A stretch of 64,000 bases of DNA from Octopus vulgaris (GCA_951406725.2 OX597838.1:5828001-5892000), one strand, 5' to 3'. Positions 1-14,614 are shown, numbered from the stretch's first letter. Program-made: numbers and translations. Notes: generated by a model not told the origin, from the letters alone.

Positions 1-347
1 CGTTTTCCAGTTACATCCAGCCTGGACATCCATTAACAATGCTCAAATCATTTCAAATAAACTTATTCTTTTTTCAAGCGTTCAGAGAATATTCAGTGTT
101 TGTATTGTGTCTAGATACTTGTGTTGTGTGTATGTTGTTTTCATAAGTCACGTGTGTTTTATGTCAATATGTGTATTTGTGTGTGCATGGGTATGTCTTA
201 CTCTTGTGTATACGATTGCAGCACTTTCTCCTTTTTTGCATACATATACTTCTCAGTTATGCATATGCATATGCATTTAATATTTTACACAACAGTACAT
301 TCATATCTCTCTATATATAATATATATATATATATACACACACACAC

Positions 348-408
<61 letters not shown>

Positions 409-699
409 TTATACATACATACACACACATATATATATACACACATGCACACAAAAACATTGCTATTTTACAGATAGATAATATAATAGATAGGTAGGTA
501 GAGACAAAGAGAGATTGATTGATAGGTAAGTAGACAGATAGATAGATACATGTAATTACATACACACAGTCACACACATATATACGTATATACATATATA
601 CACATTATTTGTCCGTGTATGTCTACAGACACAAATAGACAAACACACAATATAGAGAGCGGAAACAGACAGAAACAAAGACAAATATATCCATACATA

Positions 700-773
<74 letters not shown>

Positions 774-1464
774 ATAGGAGACAACTAAATCTGCAAACGG
801 AAGCAGAAATGGAGAAACTCAAGCTAGTGTGCATAATATGTATTATACTCTGCGTCAGGTGTAGGTCGAGTAATTTCATGTATTTTTCTGTATGTGTATG
901 TTACTGTATGCAATGCGCATGCCTCTATCCACTGCTATTTATGTATGCGTGTGCTCTTCAAACAATGTACGGTTGACTTTCAACTAAAAGAAAGATGCTT
1001 CAAACAGTATTTTGAAAAGGGAAAACAAATTTAAAGAATGAGAAATATACCATCTATTATTTTGCACAAAGTACAGTATTCGGAATGTTCAATTGGCCAT
1101 TATTCCTAGAACTGTTTGAAAGAAAGTGTTAAATATAAAGAATCGATATATGGTTTTATTATCAGATAATGAAAGTCTGTACATTACACTTAACAAGGAT
1201 AAATAGGAAAAAAAGAAATAAATATTAAAAAAAATAATAATTTAAGACAAATTGAAACAAACAAACAAATAAACTTTTTCGATTTATGCCAGCTTTCACT
1301 TTCGATGTAAGGAATACGAATATTTGCCTCGCCGTGTTTATGTATGTCGTGTTTGGTTTGTTATTGTTGCCATGGCTGTGATTGTTGTTGCCTTTGTTGT
1401 TGTGGTTGCTGTTTTTATTTGGAATGATCGTTAGCTGGTCTCTGCGCATGCTTGCATATACATC

Positions 1465-1519
<55 letters not shown>

Positions 1520-1605
1520 ATATACAATATATGTGCTTGAATATTATAAACTGTTATATTTATATAAACATAAATATATATCACATCTATCTATCTATCT
1601 ATCTA

Positions 1606-1684
<79 letters not shown>

Positions 1685-1795
1685 AATATACAATATATGT
1701 GTTTGAATATTATAAACTGTTATATTTATATAAACATAAATATATATCACATCTATCTATCTATCTATCTATCTATCTCTCTCTCTCTCTCTCTA

Positions 1796-1837
<42 letters not shown>

Positions 1838-1846
1838 TAAATTGTA

Positions 1847-1907
<61 letters not shown>

Positions 1908-2148
1908 CAAAGTGGAGTTGTATATATATTTTATATGATCTCACAAAGCATATATATATCGAGTATTGTGGCCGAGTATGTGTGTAGGCGTGTATTATAT
2001 ATGAATGATAATTTCTATATTTAATTGCCTGATAATTACAATGCGGGAATATATACTTTATCCAACACAACTTATATTCGTACACTTTTACGCATCCTCG
2101 TGTATTTATGTATGGGAATATACAACTGTATATACTTACATGCGGATG

Positions 2149-2258
<110 letters not shown>

Positions 2259-2511
2259 GTGTGTGTGTGTATATACAACCTCACGCGTTTATTTGTCTGA
2301 ATAGGAATTTATAAATATATATATATATTGTGCATGTGTATCTGTGTACTGCATATTTGTGTGTGTGTGTGTGTGTGTGTGCGTGTATTTTCTACTCTAA
2401 TTATTAGCGTTAGGGCGTATTTGTTTGTTAGCGTTGCAGTATGAAAAGAAATTCGACGTTTGATAAAGGATATATAAAATTGCTGTTGTGCCATTTTCTT
2501 TCACAACGTGC

Positions 2512-2553
<42 letters not shown>

Positions 2554-2619
2554 ATAAACATTGACAAACATAAGACAAAGGGATGAAAAGCCCCAGTGGG
2601 ATTGTTACAATAGTTTTGG

Positions 2620-2841
2620 TTTTTATTATTATTATTATCATTATTACCATTATTCTTTTCATTATTAATATTAATATTATCATAGTTATTATTCTTATGG
2701 ATATCGTTATCATCATCATCATCACAATCCTCCTCATTATCATCGACATTATCATGATCACAATTATCCTCATCGTTATTGTTATTATTATTATAATTAT
2801 TGTTAGTGACATCATTGTCGATATCGACATTATTATTATTA

Positions 2842-2897
<56 letters not shown>

Positions 2898-2923
2898 TAT
2901 TATTATTATTATTATTAGCATTA

Positions 2924-2963
<40 letters not shown>

Positions 2964-3143
2964 TATTATTATTATTATTTTTATTTATTTTTATTATTAT
3001 TGTCATTATTATTATTCTTGTTATTATTCAGTATATATAGGGTGATCCTTTCTTTTTTCTCCATAGATTGTCGTGTAGCTTTGATGTTTTTCTCAGAAAT
3101 AATGCAATCGTCATCATTATAAAGATTATTATTATTATTATTA

Positions 3144-3192
<49 letters not shown>

Positions 3193-3627
3193 CAATATTA
3201 TTTATATTTTTATTACTATTATTATTGCTGTTGTTGTTATTGTTGCTGATTTTGCTCTCATTGATGTTGATTTTGTTGTTGCCAGTGATATTGTCTGTGA
3301 TTATTTGATTATTATCAACATCATTGTCATCATTTTAACATTTTTTTTATCATTACCATTCTCCTCCTCCTCATCATCATCATCAACATCGTCATCGATT
3401 TCCTCATCATCTTCATCATCATCATCAGCAGCAGCATTATTTTCATCATCATAATCATCATCAACGTTAACATCTTTACTGCTGCCAAGAAAACCACCCG
3501 AGACACCATCATCACCTCCACCACAATCACTACCGCCACCACCTCTACCATCCCAACTATTACTACTCATCTTTATTCCTATTGATACCATCCATTTCAT
3601 TTATTATTATTATTATTATTATTATTA

Positions 3628-3724
<97 letters not shown>

Positions 3725-3735
3725 AATTATTATCA
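2620..3735. repeat. compound (ATT)n/(ATC)n trinucleotide field
   Basis: Direct inspection. Confidence 0.95.
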
Positions 3736-3737
3736 TT

Positions 3738-4288
3738 GAGTGAGAGAGCAGTTCATGCCATCAAGGTGACACTGGGGTAGAATATACGAAGCCCAATATA
3801 TCCATCATGACTACCTGTCTGATAAGGGTACACCAGGCTCATGCATCACAACCATATGTGCGCGACATGGTCATCTCATATCAAGGTAAACAGCGCATGA
3901 CCTTGCAGGTGGGGCCCAGTTAGAATTTTCTTTTCAGTTCGAGTAGCCCATCCCGCTCAAAATGTCCCTGAATAAGGGTTGTTTAAGGATGTTGAAAGAA
4001 CCACCTATGTTTCCAGAGGTGAATTATTCAAACCCCAAAGAATCTCTCTCAACACATGGATATGATGCTCCCCCACTATTTCTGCTCGTGATCAGAGATG
4101 CACATATCGTCAGCCACTAAGGGACATGCTCAACTGGTTAAGGTCAAACAACTGACAAGCAAAACTGTGGCATTCAGCAGAATATTTGCTGTAGACAATC
4201 TTTTATACCAAGACAAAACAACGTACATGATGACACTTCCAATCAGTTAAGATCAGAAGCCATGAGAGCCACTGTCTGGTACTGCATC
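3738..4288 (-). mobile_element. ~550-bp interspersed repeat inserted in an (AAT/ATT)n tract; probable non-autonomous non-LTR element
   Basis: Flanked on both sides by (ATT)n. A second, diverged copy in opposite orientation at ~43790-44277 also abuts (AAT)n. No intact ORF. Confidence 0.75.
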
Positions 4289-4298
4289 ATTATTATTA

Positions 4299-4363
<65 letters not shown>

Positions 4364-5530
4364 TTTATCATGGTGATGATGATTATGATATAGTTGTAGT
4401 ATTAGTATTAATCCTAGTCGTAGTACAAGTAGTAGTCGTAGTTGTAGCAGTAGTATGAGGGGGAGGAGGAGGAAGGGGTGGAATGACAGGAGGAGGAGAA
4501 TTAAGAAGCTGCATCGGAGTAGTAACAGTAGCAGCATCAGCAGTAGTAGTAGTTGTAGTAGTAGTAGAAGCAGCAGCAGTAGTAGTAGTCGTAGTAGAAA
4601 TTTTAGTCGCAGCAGCATTAGTTGTAGTAGTAGCAGCAGCGGTATTAGTAGTTATGGTGCCGATGGCGGTATTAGAAGTTATGGTACTTACGGTACCGAT
4701 GGCGTGGGTGTTGGCGATGCTGGAGGCTTGATTTTAGCGAAAGAACGACACGAGAAACGATATATTTCACCCACTTCATCTGCCAAATCTTGATAAATTC
4801 TGTCATCATTGAATTTATCAAGATCTTCTGGTTTCCCATCTTCTATCGTTCCATCGGTTTCCATCAATTTCTTATTCATTATTATGTCAAATATTCTTTA
4901 ATATCTGTCTTGTTTTTTTACGTGAAAATTATCAACTTCATAGCTATTGTTATCTAGTTTATATTCATCATTATCGTTCTCTACGTCATTGTCGCCGTCA
5001 TCATCATCATCATCATCACCGAAAACATTGACATCTCTGTCCTCATTTTTAAAAAGGAGTGTCCATATCATTAGATTCACTGCCGCTACTAGCTGCAATA
5101 AGTGAGACGTGTTGTAACGACGATGATTATCGTCGTCCTCGTCATCATCATGATCATCATGATCATCATCATGCTGATCATGATCATGATCATCATCATC
5201 ATGTTCATGTTTACGAAAATGTCGGTGACGGTGTAGGTGATGATCGTGGCCAGGACAACAACGACAACAGCATCAACAACAAGTATGATGATGATGATGA
5301 TGATGATGATGATGGTGACGGTGCTGATGATGTTATTGATGATGATGGTGATGATGATTCGTTGTATTTGCCACCTGGGTAACAGATGAGAAGGACAGTA
5401 CAAAATGCAGTGTGTAGATTTACATATCAAGAAAAGATATACAGAATAGAAGGTGCCCAAGAGAAGTGCACAAGAATAAAAGAAGACGACAATGATATGG
5501 TCCCCCTTATTATTATTATATATATATATA

Positions 5531-5602
5531 TATACTAATACATCTGTTTCTTTTGTACACCACTTGTCTTCGTCTTTTGTTTTTTTTCGTAAACTATCCC
5601 TA
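5531..5602 (+). mobile_element. short 3' tail fragment of a PLE-type (TA)n-associated repeat
   Basis: tactaatacatctgtttc...gtcttcgtcttttg matches the tails at ~37310-37380, 39622-39682(-) and 60410-60480(-); lies between TA tracts. Confidence 0.55.
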
Positions 5603-5634
5603 CATATATATATATTTATATGTATATATATATG

Positions 5635-5705
<71 letters not shown>

Positions 5706-5718
5706 GTATATATATAAA

Positions 5719-5865
5719 TGAGGAGTGGCTGTGTGATAAGAAGCCTGTTTCTCTTCAAGACGCTTCAGGTTTCAGTCCCAATGCGTGGATTTCTAATATA
5801 GCCTCGGGTTGACCAAAAATATTGCCAGTGGATTTGGGTTGACGGCAACTGAAAGCAAGTCGTAT
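5719..5865 (+). mobile_element. SINE family A, 5' half, diverged
   Basis: ggagtggctgtgtgataag head and tatagcctcggg...ggatttgg...aactgaaag, matching the copies at 35363 and 63802. Confidence 0.75.
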
Positions 5866-5877
5866 ATATATATAGTC

Positions 5878-5912
<35 letters not shown>

Positions 5913-6009
5913 TAAGTTTTATAAAAATATATATTTTGTTATTTATGTATTGGTTTATGTCTATCACTGTTTGAGTTCCATAATAGTGGTTTAATCTCTA
6001 ATGTATATG

Positions 6010-6079
<70 letters not shown>

Positions 6080-6837
6080 ATTAATAGGCGAATATGTATG
6101 ACATTTCTGGTTAAAATCAGAAAAAGTATCCTTGCGTTGTAACTCACCATTGAAAGTAACTCACCCGATTCAGTGTAATAAAATAATTGTCCTTTACTAC
6201 AATGTTACAGTAAATTATCTTTGATCATAATAATAAATAGTTGTTACATCCCGTAAACCCCCAAGCACAGAGTCACCCGGTTCCAGAGTGTAAAAGAAAC
6301 ATGTTAAGAATCTTGAGAAGAAGAAGCAAGGGCGCATGCTTTAGCTGACCACTTTTGTCAAACCCTTTTCGATGGACAGGTCATAGTTGAGTTGCTTACT
6401 TACTTAAACGTTTCTCTGTGTGCCAAGAAATGAACTGATGTCGCTGATGATTCAATGATTTAATTTGCAATCAGAGCTGAAACAGATTTTTGCAAATAAT
6501 GTGTCTGCAATTAACAAAGTCTCATTAGTAGCTGGCTATGCTATCATTTCACCAGTGAAGCAATGAGGTTGTTTAGCCCCAGGCGAAACCGTGTTAAACA
6601 AATATCATGAGAAAAGACGTCGCAAGGAGGAACATGCCGTATTTTTCAGGCGTTGATATTCGTTCTCCCTTCTCCTTTATGTACCGTATCTCTGTTTACC
6701 CATTTAAACACGGTGCCACTTTTTTTCTTTCTTTCTACAACTACATGGTAAGACATTTTGAGGGAAGAGTACGTCGATTACGTCAACGCCAGTGATGGAC
6801 TGGTGTTTATTTCTATCAAGCCTAGAAGGATGAATGG

Positions 6838-7246
<409 letters not shown>

Positions 7247-7626
7247 AAGAAGGAATATATTCATAGATACGACTAATTTGGGACTTATATGCCAACACTA
7301 TGGAATGACAGCAGAAAAAGATGGTGAAGGAACACGCCACAAAAGGTTATAAGAACATGAGATAGTAGACACGCTCTGGGAGATGCCAATACACACGTAT
7401 AGAAAAAGTAAGGCCAATAGGCCAGACATAGTTGTCAGAGATCATCAAGGAAAAACATACTTTCTAATCAATGTAACAATACCAACAGATGACAAGATCT
7501 GGAAATATACGTATCTTAAATGTGGAGTCTAAAAATAGAAACAATTCTCATCATAATAGGTATAATAGGTATGAAGAAAAATAAACATTCAGACAAAAAC
7601 ATGTCAAAAACACCAGGACTTACAAG

Positions 7627-7680
<54 letters not shown>

Positions 7681-7870
7681 AACATACACACACACACACA
7701 CACATATATATAGGAAATAGCACTACTAGGCAACGCACACATACTACGTAAAATATATTCATTACAGTGAAAATAAGGGCGCCACAACAAACCACAGCAC
7801 ATGTCCAAGACGCACAGAGCTGCGCTCAGTGGTGCAGTGAAAACACGTGATAAAAATAAGACTACTGATT
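7247..7870 (+). mobile_element. 3' end of an R4/Dong-clade non-LTR retrotransposon (restriction-like endonuclease remnant)
   Basis: Frameshifted translation KEYIHRYD..CQHYG..TLWEMPIHT..KANRPDIVVRDHQ..FLINVTIPTD..MWSLKIETI..EIALLGNAHILRK then stop (7768-7770), a short 3' UTR and an (AAT)n tail. The RPD motif and TAA-repeat context are typical of Dong. Interrupted by a (CA)n tract. Confidence 0.88.
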
Positions 7871-8394
7871 AATAATAATAATAATAATAATAATAATGAT
7901 AATAATAATAATAATAATTGTTCTAGACTACAAGCATTGCTATTTTGAGGATGTGATCAATTCGATTACATTAACTGCTATCCTCGTCTGGTATTCATTT
8001 TGTCGAACCTGCAAGGGTGAAATACAAAGCAGGACTCGGCTGTTTCGAAACAGAGATCCTAAGTTGATAACGTTTGAAACAAGAGAGATTTGACGAGGAA
8101 TGAGCGCAGGAATGAACACTCATGTACTCTTAAGGAAACTGATTTGATTGGCAGGCGTGAAATTGGAGTATTAATTTTATACTGGAATCTATTAAAAAAC
8201 AAAACTAAAAAAGGAAACAAATAAAAGATAAATACGAGACGATCACCTAAATATTTAATTTTTATCAATGACAGTAAATCGAATACAATTTTTTTAATAT
8301 CTTTCGTTTAATTCACTTGAGTCAGCTTATACATATTAGTATTATTATTTTTGTTCTTTTTCTTTTACTTTTGTTAAAGTGGCAAGCCTACGCG

Positions 8395-8610
8395 GTGAAC
8401 TAGCAGAAGAGATATCGGTCCAGACAAGATGATAAGCGGAATAATTATGTCCGTGTTTACGTTCTGAGTTAAAATTCTGCCGAAATCGACTGTGCCTTTC
8501 AACACGTCGCTCTCAATAAAATAAGTACCAACTGAGCACACAGAGATCGACGTAATCGAATAACTACCTCTCCGAAAACTTGCTGGCCTTGTGCCAAATT
8601 TTGAAACCAA
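8395..8610 (+). mobile_element. SINE family B (B2-type tail), diverged
   Basis: tacgttctgagttaaaattc...ataagtacca...gctggccttgtgccaaattttgaaacc, matching other B copies. Confidence 0.7.
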
Positions 8611-8667
8611 GATAAACAGTATTTAATGTGGCATTTGTGTGTTGTTGAAGCTATTTGTTCATTCTCG

Positions 8668-8760
8668 CGCCATGACTGGCTCATAAGGGCCGGTTTACCA
8701 GTTTCATTGGGGTATAGTTCCCCACCAGGACTCGACGCTGGTCCATCGCAGGTGAGTTGT
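8668..8760 (-). mobile_element. SINE family C 3' part
   Basis: Reverse complement cctgcgatggaccagcgtc...ggggaac...gaaactggtaaaccggccc matches 34320-34400. Confidence 0.65.
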
Positions 8761-8959
8761 TAGATGTTGGAGGAAAAAAAGAGTAATGTTACACGTCCTT
8801 GTTTTCGTATACATTCGCTGCTTTCTTCCAGGGAATGTAATGCTCTTAGCTTATTTTTCCTTGGAGCTGGCCAGATTGGAGCAATCTCGAGTATAACCAG
8901 CCGATATTTTATATATATATATATATGTGTGTATATAAATACACACATTTATACGTTTA

Positions 8960-9305
8960 GTCAAAAATATTGTCACCGCTACGAAATTTCTTGAACCACC
9001 ATTGTGCTGTACGTACATTAGTGGTTCCTGGGCCAAACTCATCGTAAATGTCACGAGCTGTTGAAACAGCTTTTCGGCCTAGCTTGAACTGGAAGAAGAA
9101 AATTGTTCTTTTTGTCCATGCTGTAATCAACGTTTCGGGGAAAAATTGCCTAATTATTCAAAAAGAAAAAGTGTAATACGATCAGATAGAGCGCAAAACG
9201 GGTTTTGAAATGATATAGAAAGTCAAAGTAATTTAGCGAAAATTAATTTGAGAATGCATCATTTAAATCCAAAATATAAAAAAAATCCGCAAGAATTCCG
9301 TAATA
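8960..9305 (-). mobile_element. mariner left end with frameshifted transposase N-terminus (Hsmar1/SETMAR-like HTH)
   Basis: Minus strand from ATG at 9119: MDKK/(frameshift)RTIFFFQFKLGRKAVSTARDIYDEFGPGTTNVRTAQWWFKKFRSGD. This closely resembles the Hsmar1-type N-terminus (IFLFEFKMGRKAAET..FGPGTANERTVQWWFKKF). Truncated at ~8960. Confidence 0.85.
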
Positions 9306-9537
9306 TTTCGATTTAAGGTGAAGGATACCATAACGGGTTTCCCGGACAGATTCATCGTCGAGGATTTTAACGGTACCTTCACTCATGAAATGTTTGGAGA
9401 GCTATAACATGTGCATTGATGCTCCTTCTATGACCGAGTCAATGTAAGTCATCACCACATCTGCCCGACGTTTGTCACATAGCATTCTCTCGGATTATTT
9501 CGGCTTTCCACTGCAAGTGTTGGTGCTGTTGCTGCCG

Positions 9538-9610
<73 letters not shown>

Positions 9611-10472
9611 ATATGGCTGTCTCTCTAACGATATCAGTAAGATACAAAACTTTCCACCCTGAAGACGGAGGCCTGATTTACCGTAATATTTATGTTCATC
9701 CACTATTCTTTCCATATTCTTCACTCTGTGTGCCACTCTATTCGAGAATAAAAATACTAATAATAATAAACGTGATTAATATGCATTCATAAAGTAAATT
9801 TCGAAGTTACACTATTAATTCACTCCTAAATATTATTGAAATCTTTACAGAAACTTTTCAGATTTCTCTTAAGATTGGTAGAAGCAGCTAGCGATATTGC
9901 CTTGTACACATGCGAATACAAATGATGTTCCACAAAACCTATATATTAAAGAACTTCTGAGCACAATATAATCTTAAGTGCTATAATAGATCATTAGGAA
10001 TCGCTATATTAATGTACTGACATAGGAAGGAGAAAACAGAGCGAGAGAGAGAAAGTGTAATGAAAGCATAGAGGGTGATAAGAAGGGTAAGAGGTAGACA
10101 TGGCAATAGAAATATGGCCGCTATGAAAGAAAATGAGAGAGATAGAGAATTGAAGAAATATAGAATGAACAGAAAGAAAAAGACGGAGAATAAGTGATAA
10201 AGTCAGAACAATTTTAGTATCTCAGAAGCTAGAGTATACCTATAAGAATCTTAACATTTGCTTACAAGAACTGTCTGTAAAGTAGATGACTTTAGAGCAG
10301 TAATATTTTTCGGATACGCCATTATCGAATTTGAGAATTTTCTGTCTATATCTCTTTTCTCTTGGTTTCCACTTCACATTCTGTGAATACCCTCATTCTT
10401 TACTTATTTCACTGCCGCCCCACTTTTTCTCGCGCTACACTCGATCGCTCTCTTTGTCTCTCTCTCTTTCTT

Positions 10473-10521
<49 letters not shown>

Positions 10522-10746
10522 AACCTTTTTGTATATCTTACTCTTTCTATCTAATCTGAAGAATATATTTATTTCTTTTCCTCTCATACGTGCGTACGCG
10601 CCCACACGCACACACACGGACACAGACACACACAAGTACACGCACAACTGAACACACACACAAGTACACGCACAAATGAACACACACACACACACACACA
10701 AGCGCGCTTGTAAACATATTCTAAGGACATACAAGCTCACTGCACG

Positions 10747-11047
<301 letters not shown>

Positions 11048-11194
11048 AAATACATTTATATGCACGTACATGTTTACATCTACACGTATATATCTACATA
11101 GATGTATAGATGTGTACATACATATATACATATACACACACATATACATATTATATCATAAACATACACACACACATACACACGCACACGCACG

Positions 11195-11226
<32 letters not shown>

Positions 11227-11826
11227 AATTAAAGCCTACATACTTGCATATTGACGTACAAACATATGGATGGCTATCTCTCTTTCCTATTCTCTTCCTC
11301 TCACTCTCTAACTCTCTCTCTCTCTCTCTCTGTCTTTCTGTTTGCTGAACTCCCTCTCTCCCTCGCCTTACAATATCGTTCCGAATTCTTTTTTTTTCCT
11401 TTCTCCTTCTACTTCATTTCTGCTTCTCTGACTGCTCTTTCTTTAAAAGCATTTCACGATAAGTTTCCAAGTTCTATCACAAGTTATTGCATTATAAAAT
11501 CAACAGACGTTAGAATTAAGGTTGGTGTCATGGATGTCAGACGTAATAATGGCCGTAAATTGTTACTCGAAAGTTCCATTAATAAAACAGCAAACGTCGA
11601 AACAATTGCTACAAAGGAAACGAAGCGTTACGTATGTAGATGTATGTATGCATGAATGTATGTAGTTGTACCTTCATTTCATACAAACACCCACCAATAC
11701 ACATACGCTCAAAGACACATCAATAAACATTCATGTATTTACGCACACAAACACATAGGCGCACACAAACACATACGCATTATATATATAAACAGCCTGC
11801 ATAAAATTGTGAATATACACACACAC

Positions 11827-11885
<59 letters not shown>

Positions 11886-11949
11886 ATATACGCGTATGCA
11901 TATATGTGCATGACATTATGTTAATTTTACTTCGTTTTAAACAAAAAAG

Positions 11950-12400
11950 GACATCCCTTTATCATTAGTCGCATCGTGAACACAGTCTCAATTCGCTAAT
12001 TTCAAATACTGTGGCGCTCTGCAGTGGGTCCGAGCAACTACTATTGATGCACCATCTAGATACTTGTGGACACCCGCGTACCTCGATATTTCTCTGTAAA
12101 ACCCATTCAGACGCCGCAACCCCCAGGATGACGTAGTAAGAATATTACGAATGCATATCCTGCAAATAATTTACTTTGATCTACGAAGTCATTACGATTT
12201 CGTCCCTGCTCTCAATGTTGGCTTTATTCCCTTATCCTTTTACCATATCCGGGACGAATAAATTTCCCTTCTTCTCCGCTGCATAACAGGTTCATCATAG
12301 TAGATGTAGCAACAAACGTGCGACATTCTACCTCAATTAGAATCACCATAGGATGGTACCACTTTCCTTATGCCGACGCCTTTGCTGAGCAATTGTTCAC
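11950..12400 (-). mobile_element. very degenerate RTE-type LINE 5' region (AP endonuclease remnant)
   Basis: Broken minus-strand peptides ANIESRDEIV, GGCGV*MGFTEK, IEVRGC, CRAPQ..DCVHDATNDK follow the order of RTE endonuclease motifs (NVG..EIV, GGVG..EKW, AYAPQ). Confidence 0.35.
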
Positions 12401-12493
12401 AGGTGCTTATGTCTGTCTGTTCTTTTTGAAACTATTCGTGTATAAAAATACACCTTGCCGAAACGAATAGTGCAACGTGAAATGGGCGGTCGA

Positions 12494-12553
<60 letters not shown>

Positions 12554-12560
12554 TATATAT

Positions 12561-12700
12561 ATTTCTTTATTGCCCACAATGGGCTAAACATAGAGGGAAC
12601 AAGCAAGGACAAAGCAGGGGATTAAGTCGATTACATCGACCACGAAAGGATGAAAGGCAAAGTCGACCGCGGCGGAATTTGTACTGAGAACGTAGCGACA
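12561..12700 (-). mobile_element. SINE family B body, internally deleted
   Basis: atttctttattgcccac...gattaagtcgattacatcgac...gaaaggatgaaaggcaaagtcgac. Confidence 0.8.
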
Positions 12701-12980
12701 CACATTATATATAAATTTAAATAATAAGTGTGAAAAGTTGAATATTAATTTGATTAATATCAATTTAAATCCAATAGCCTAGCATATTAAAAAATCCGAA
12801 GATTCATGAAAATAATATTAGATACATATTGGAGGGATGACCACTAAGTGAACATCCATCATGCTAGATGTAGACATCATATGGCCTGCCCACTAAGAAA
12901 AGCGCGTTCTCAACAAAATTCAGCAAATGCCAGAGCGTAAGAGAGAAAGACAAGTGAAAAGATCCAAATGATAAAGATTA

Positions 12981-13051
12981 ATCACGAACCTGGTTTCATT
13001 GTTACAAATTACGTAATACGTACGTAAATATCCGCAATTCATCAGTGTGAT
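12981..13051 (-). ncRNA. type-I hammerhead ribozyme motif, slightly degenerate
   Basis: Minus strand: ATCACA-CTGATGA-ATTG..CAAT-GAAAC-CAG-GTT-C-GTGAT. Confidence 0.6.
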
Positions 13052-13082
13052 CGATGTGTGCAATTCATCAGTCCTCGATAAC

Positions 13083-13154
13083 AATTACACTGATGAATTG
13101 CGGCCATTTGCATAAGTATCACTTAAATGGTAACAATGAAACCGGTTTGTAATT
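13083..13154 (+). ncRNA. minimal type-I hammerhead ribozyme motif
   Basis: Stem I AATTACA/TGTAATT (7 bp); CTGATGA at 13090-13096; stem II ATTG/CAAT extended by CCATTT/AAATGG; GAAA; palindromic stem III ACCGGT; cleavage triplet GTT. Confidence 0.8.
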
Positions 13155-13310
13155 AATCTTTACATTTTGTATCTTTTCATTTGTCTTTCTTCGCTTACGT
13201 TCTGGCGTTTGCTGAATTTTCTTGAGAACAAACTTTTCTTAGTGGTTAGACCATATCGTGTCTACATCTAGCTCAATGGATGTCCACTTAGTGGTCATCC
13301 TTCTTATATC

Positions 13311-13472
13311 TCGGAGTGGTTGGCGTTAGGAAGGGCATCCAGTTGTAGAAACTCTGCCAGATCAATATTGGAGCCTGGTGCAGCCATCTGGTTCGCCAGC
13401 CCTCAGTCAAAATCGTCCAACCCATGCTAGCATGGAAAGCGGACGTTAAACGATGATGATGATGATGATGAT
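13311..13472 (+). mobile_element. 3' end of an RTE-related SINE/LINE with (GAT)n tail
   Basis: ggcgttaggaagggcatccag...catggaaagcggacgttaaacgatgatgat; 5'-truncated, ends in a short tandem tail. Confidence 0.7.
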
Positions 13473-13489
13473 ATACAAATTATTAAAGT

Positions 13490-14010
13490 GTTTATTCGCA
13501 ATTTACAATCGAAAGGTACAAGTACAGTTGTTACTAAGGTGACGGAAGGTGCGAGTAAGCGCATGCATTGTTAGGAATAAGAGAGGGCACTTTTCTATCG
13601 ACTGACAAGGGCGAGGAACTCTCTACGACAAGCGAGATGTAGTCATATCATCAATGATTTGATTAATCATCTTCAGTGATCGATTAATACGTCGCCGTGC
13701 GTTAGGGACTTAACGCACCCCGTCAGCCATATAGAGAACAACATAAGAAGCCTTGACTGATTCCGAAAGTGGTGAAGTGAGAATTAGAAATGATGTAGTT
13801 GGCTATTCGCAACTTAGAACCGAAATGCAGAAGTATAGACGTCACTGAAGTGACTGATGGTGTTAGTCACAACTAGTATTACTATAAATAAGAGACAAAA
13901 CAACTCTTAGCCACGTGAGAGCAATTTTCTAAAGACTGATTAGGAACACAAGCTCCCGACGGCAAGCAAGGTGGAATCACCGCGCCGCTGATTTCATCAA
14001 TGATTCGTTA
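13490..14010 (+). repeat. old direct duplication, units starting ~13493 and ~13804
   Basis: Shared blocks in the same order: tattcgcaa, gtgac.ga.ggtg, aataagaga, ttttcta..gactga, caagc, tcatcaatgatt. Confidence 0.65.
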
Positions 14011-14614
14011 CTCCATCACGAACGGTTAAAATCTTAGCTCATCTTATATAATAATTGATGAAAGAAACGGAAGAATTACGTAGTGCAAGTTTTGAACTGA
14101 ATACGTTGATAAATGCCTATGGAAATAATAATTCGCTCACAAGCACATCTTCCGCTACATCATAATCTCTCCATAACTTAATTATTGAATGCATTCCTTG
14201 TTCTTATTTCTATATAGGTATAGCGTGTCATATTACGTTTTGGAATATATAAAAGATTCATCTAGGTGGCCACATAATCTTCAAGAAATATCGATCTAAA
14301 TTTTCCTAAAATCGCATATCCTTTTCTAAAATAGGACACGTAGTAAATATATATTGGTGTTCTCTCATCCCTACGTAGCATTTTGAAGAAGGAACATTTA
14401 GCAGTTTATTAACTGATAAATGCCCACTGATTGATAATCCGCCACAGTTGTGATGCTTCAAATGTTATCGTAGGCTTCTTCCATGAAGTCGTAAACGCAG
14501 GAACAATGACGATAGCAGCCGCTTCAGCAACAGCATCAGAAACAGCAGCAGTAGTAGCGACAAGACTAGAGAAATAGAGATGAGAGAAAGAACGATAATG
14601 ATGACTAAAGTAAG

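Larger units (their letters stand above)
12714..13303. mobile_element. foldback PLE pseudo-LTR-like element: inverted arms 12832-13051 and 13085-13303 plus a left tail
   Basis: ggatgaccactaagtgaacatcca and its reverse complement tggatgtccacttagtggtcatcc. Arms are alignable throughout but diverged, and each carries an HHR. Confidence 0.8.

Noticed and set aside
6444-6490. CTGATGA...GAAA
   Set aside because: No stem II closing next to GAAA.
9659-9690. CTGAAGA-CGG..CCG hammerhead-like motif
   Set aside because: GAAA is absent and there is no stem I pairing.
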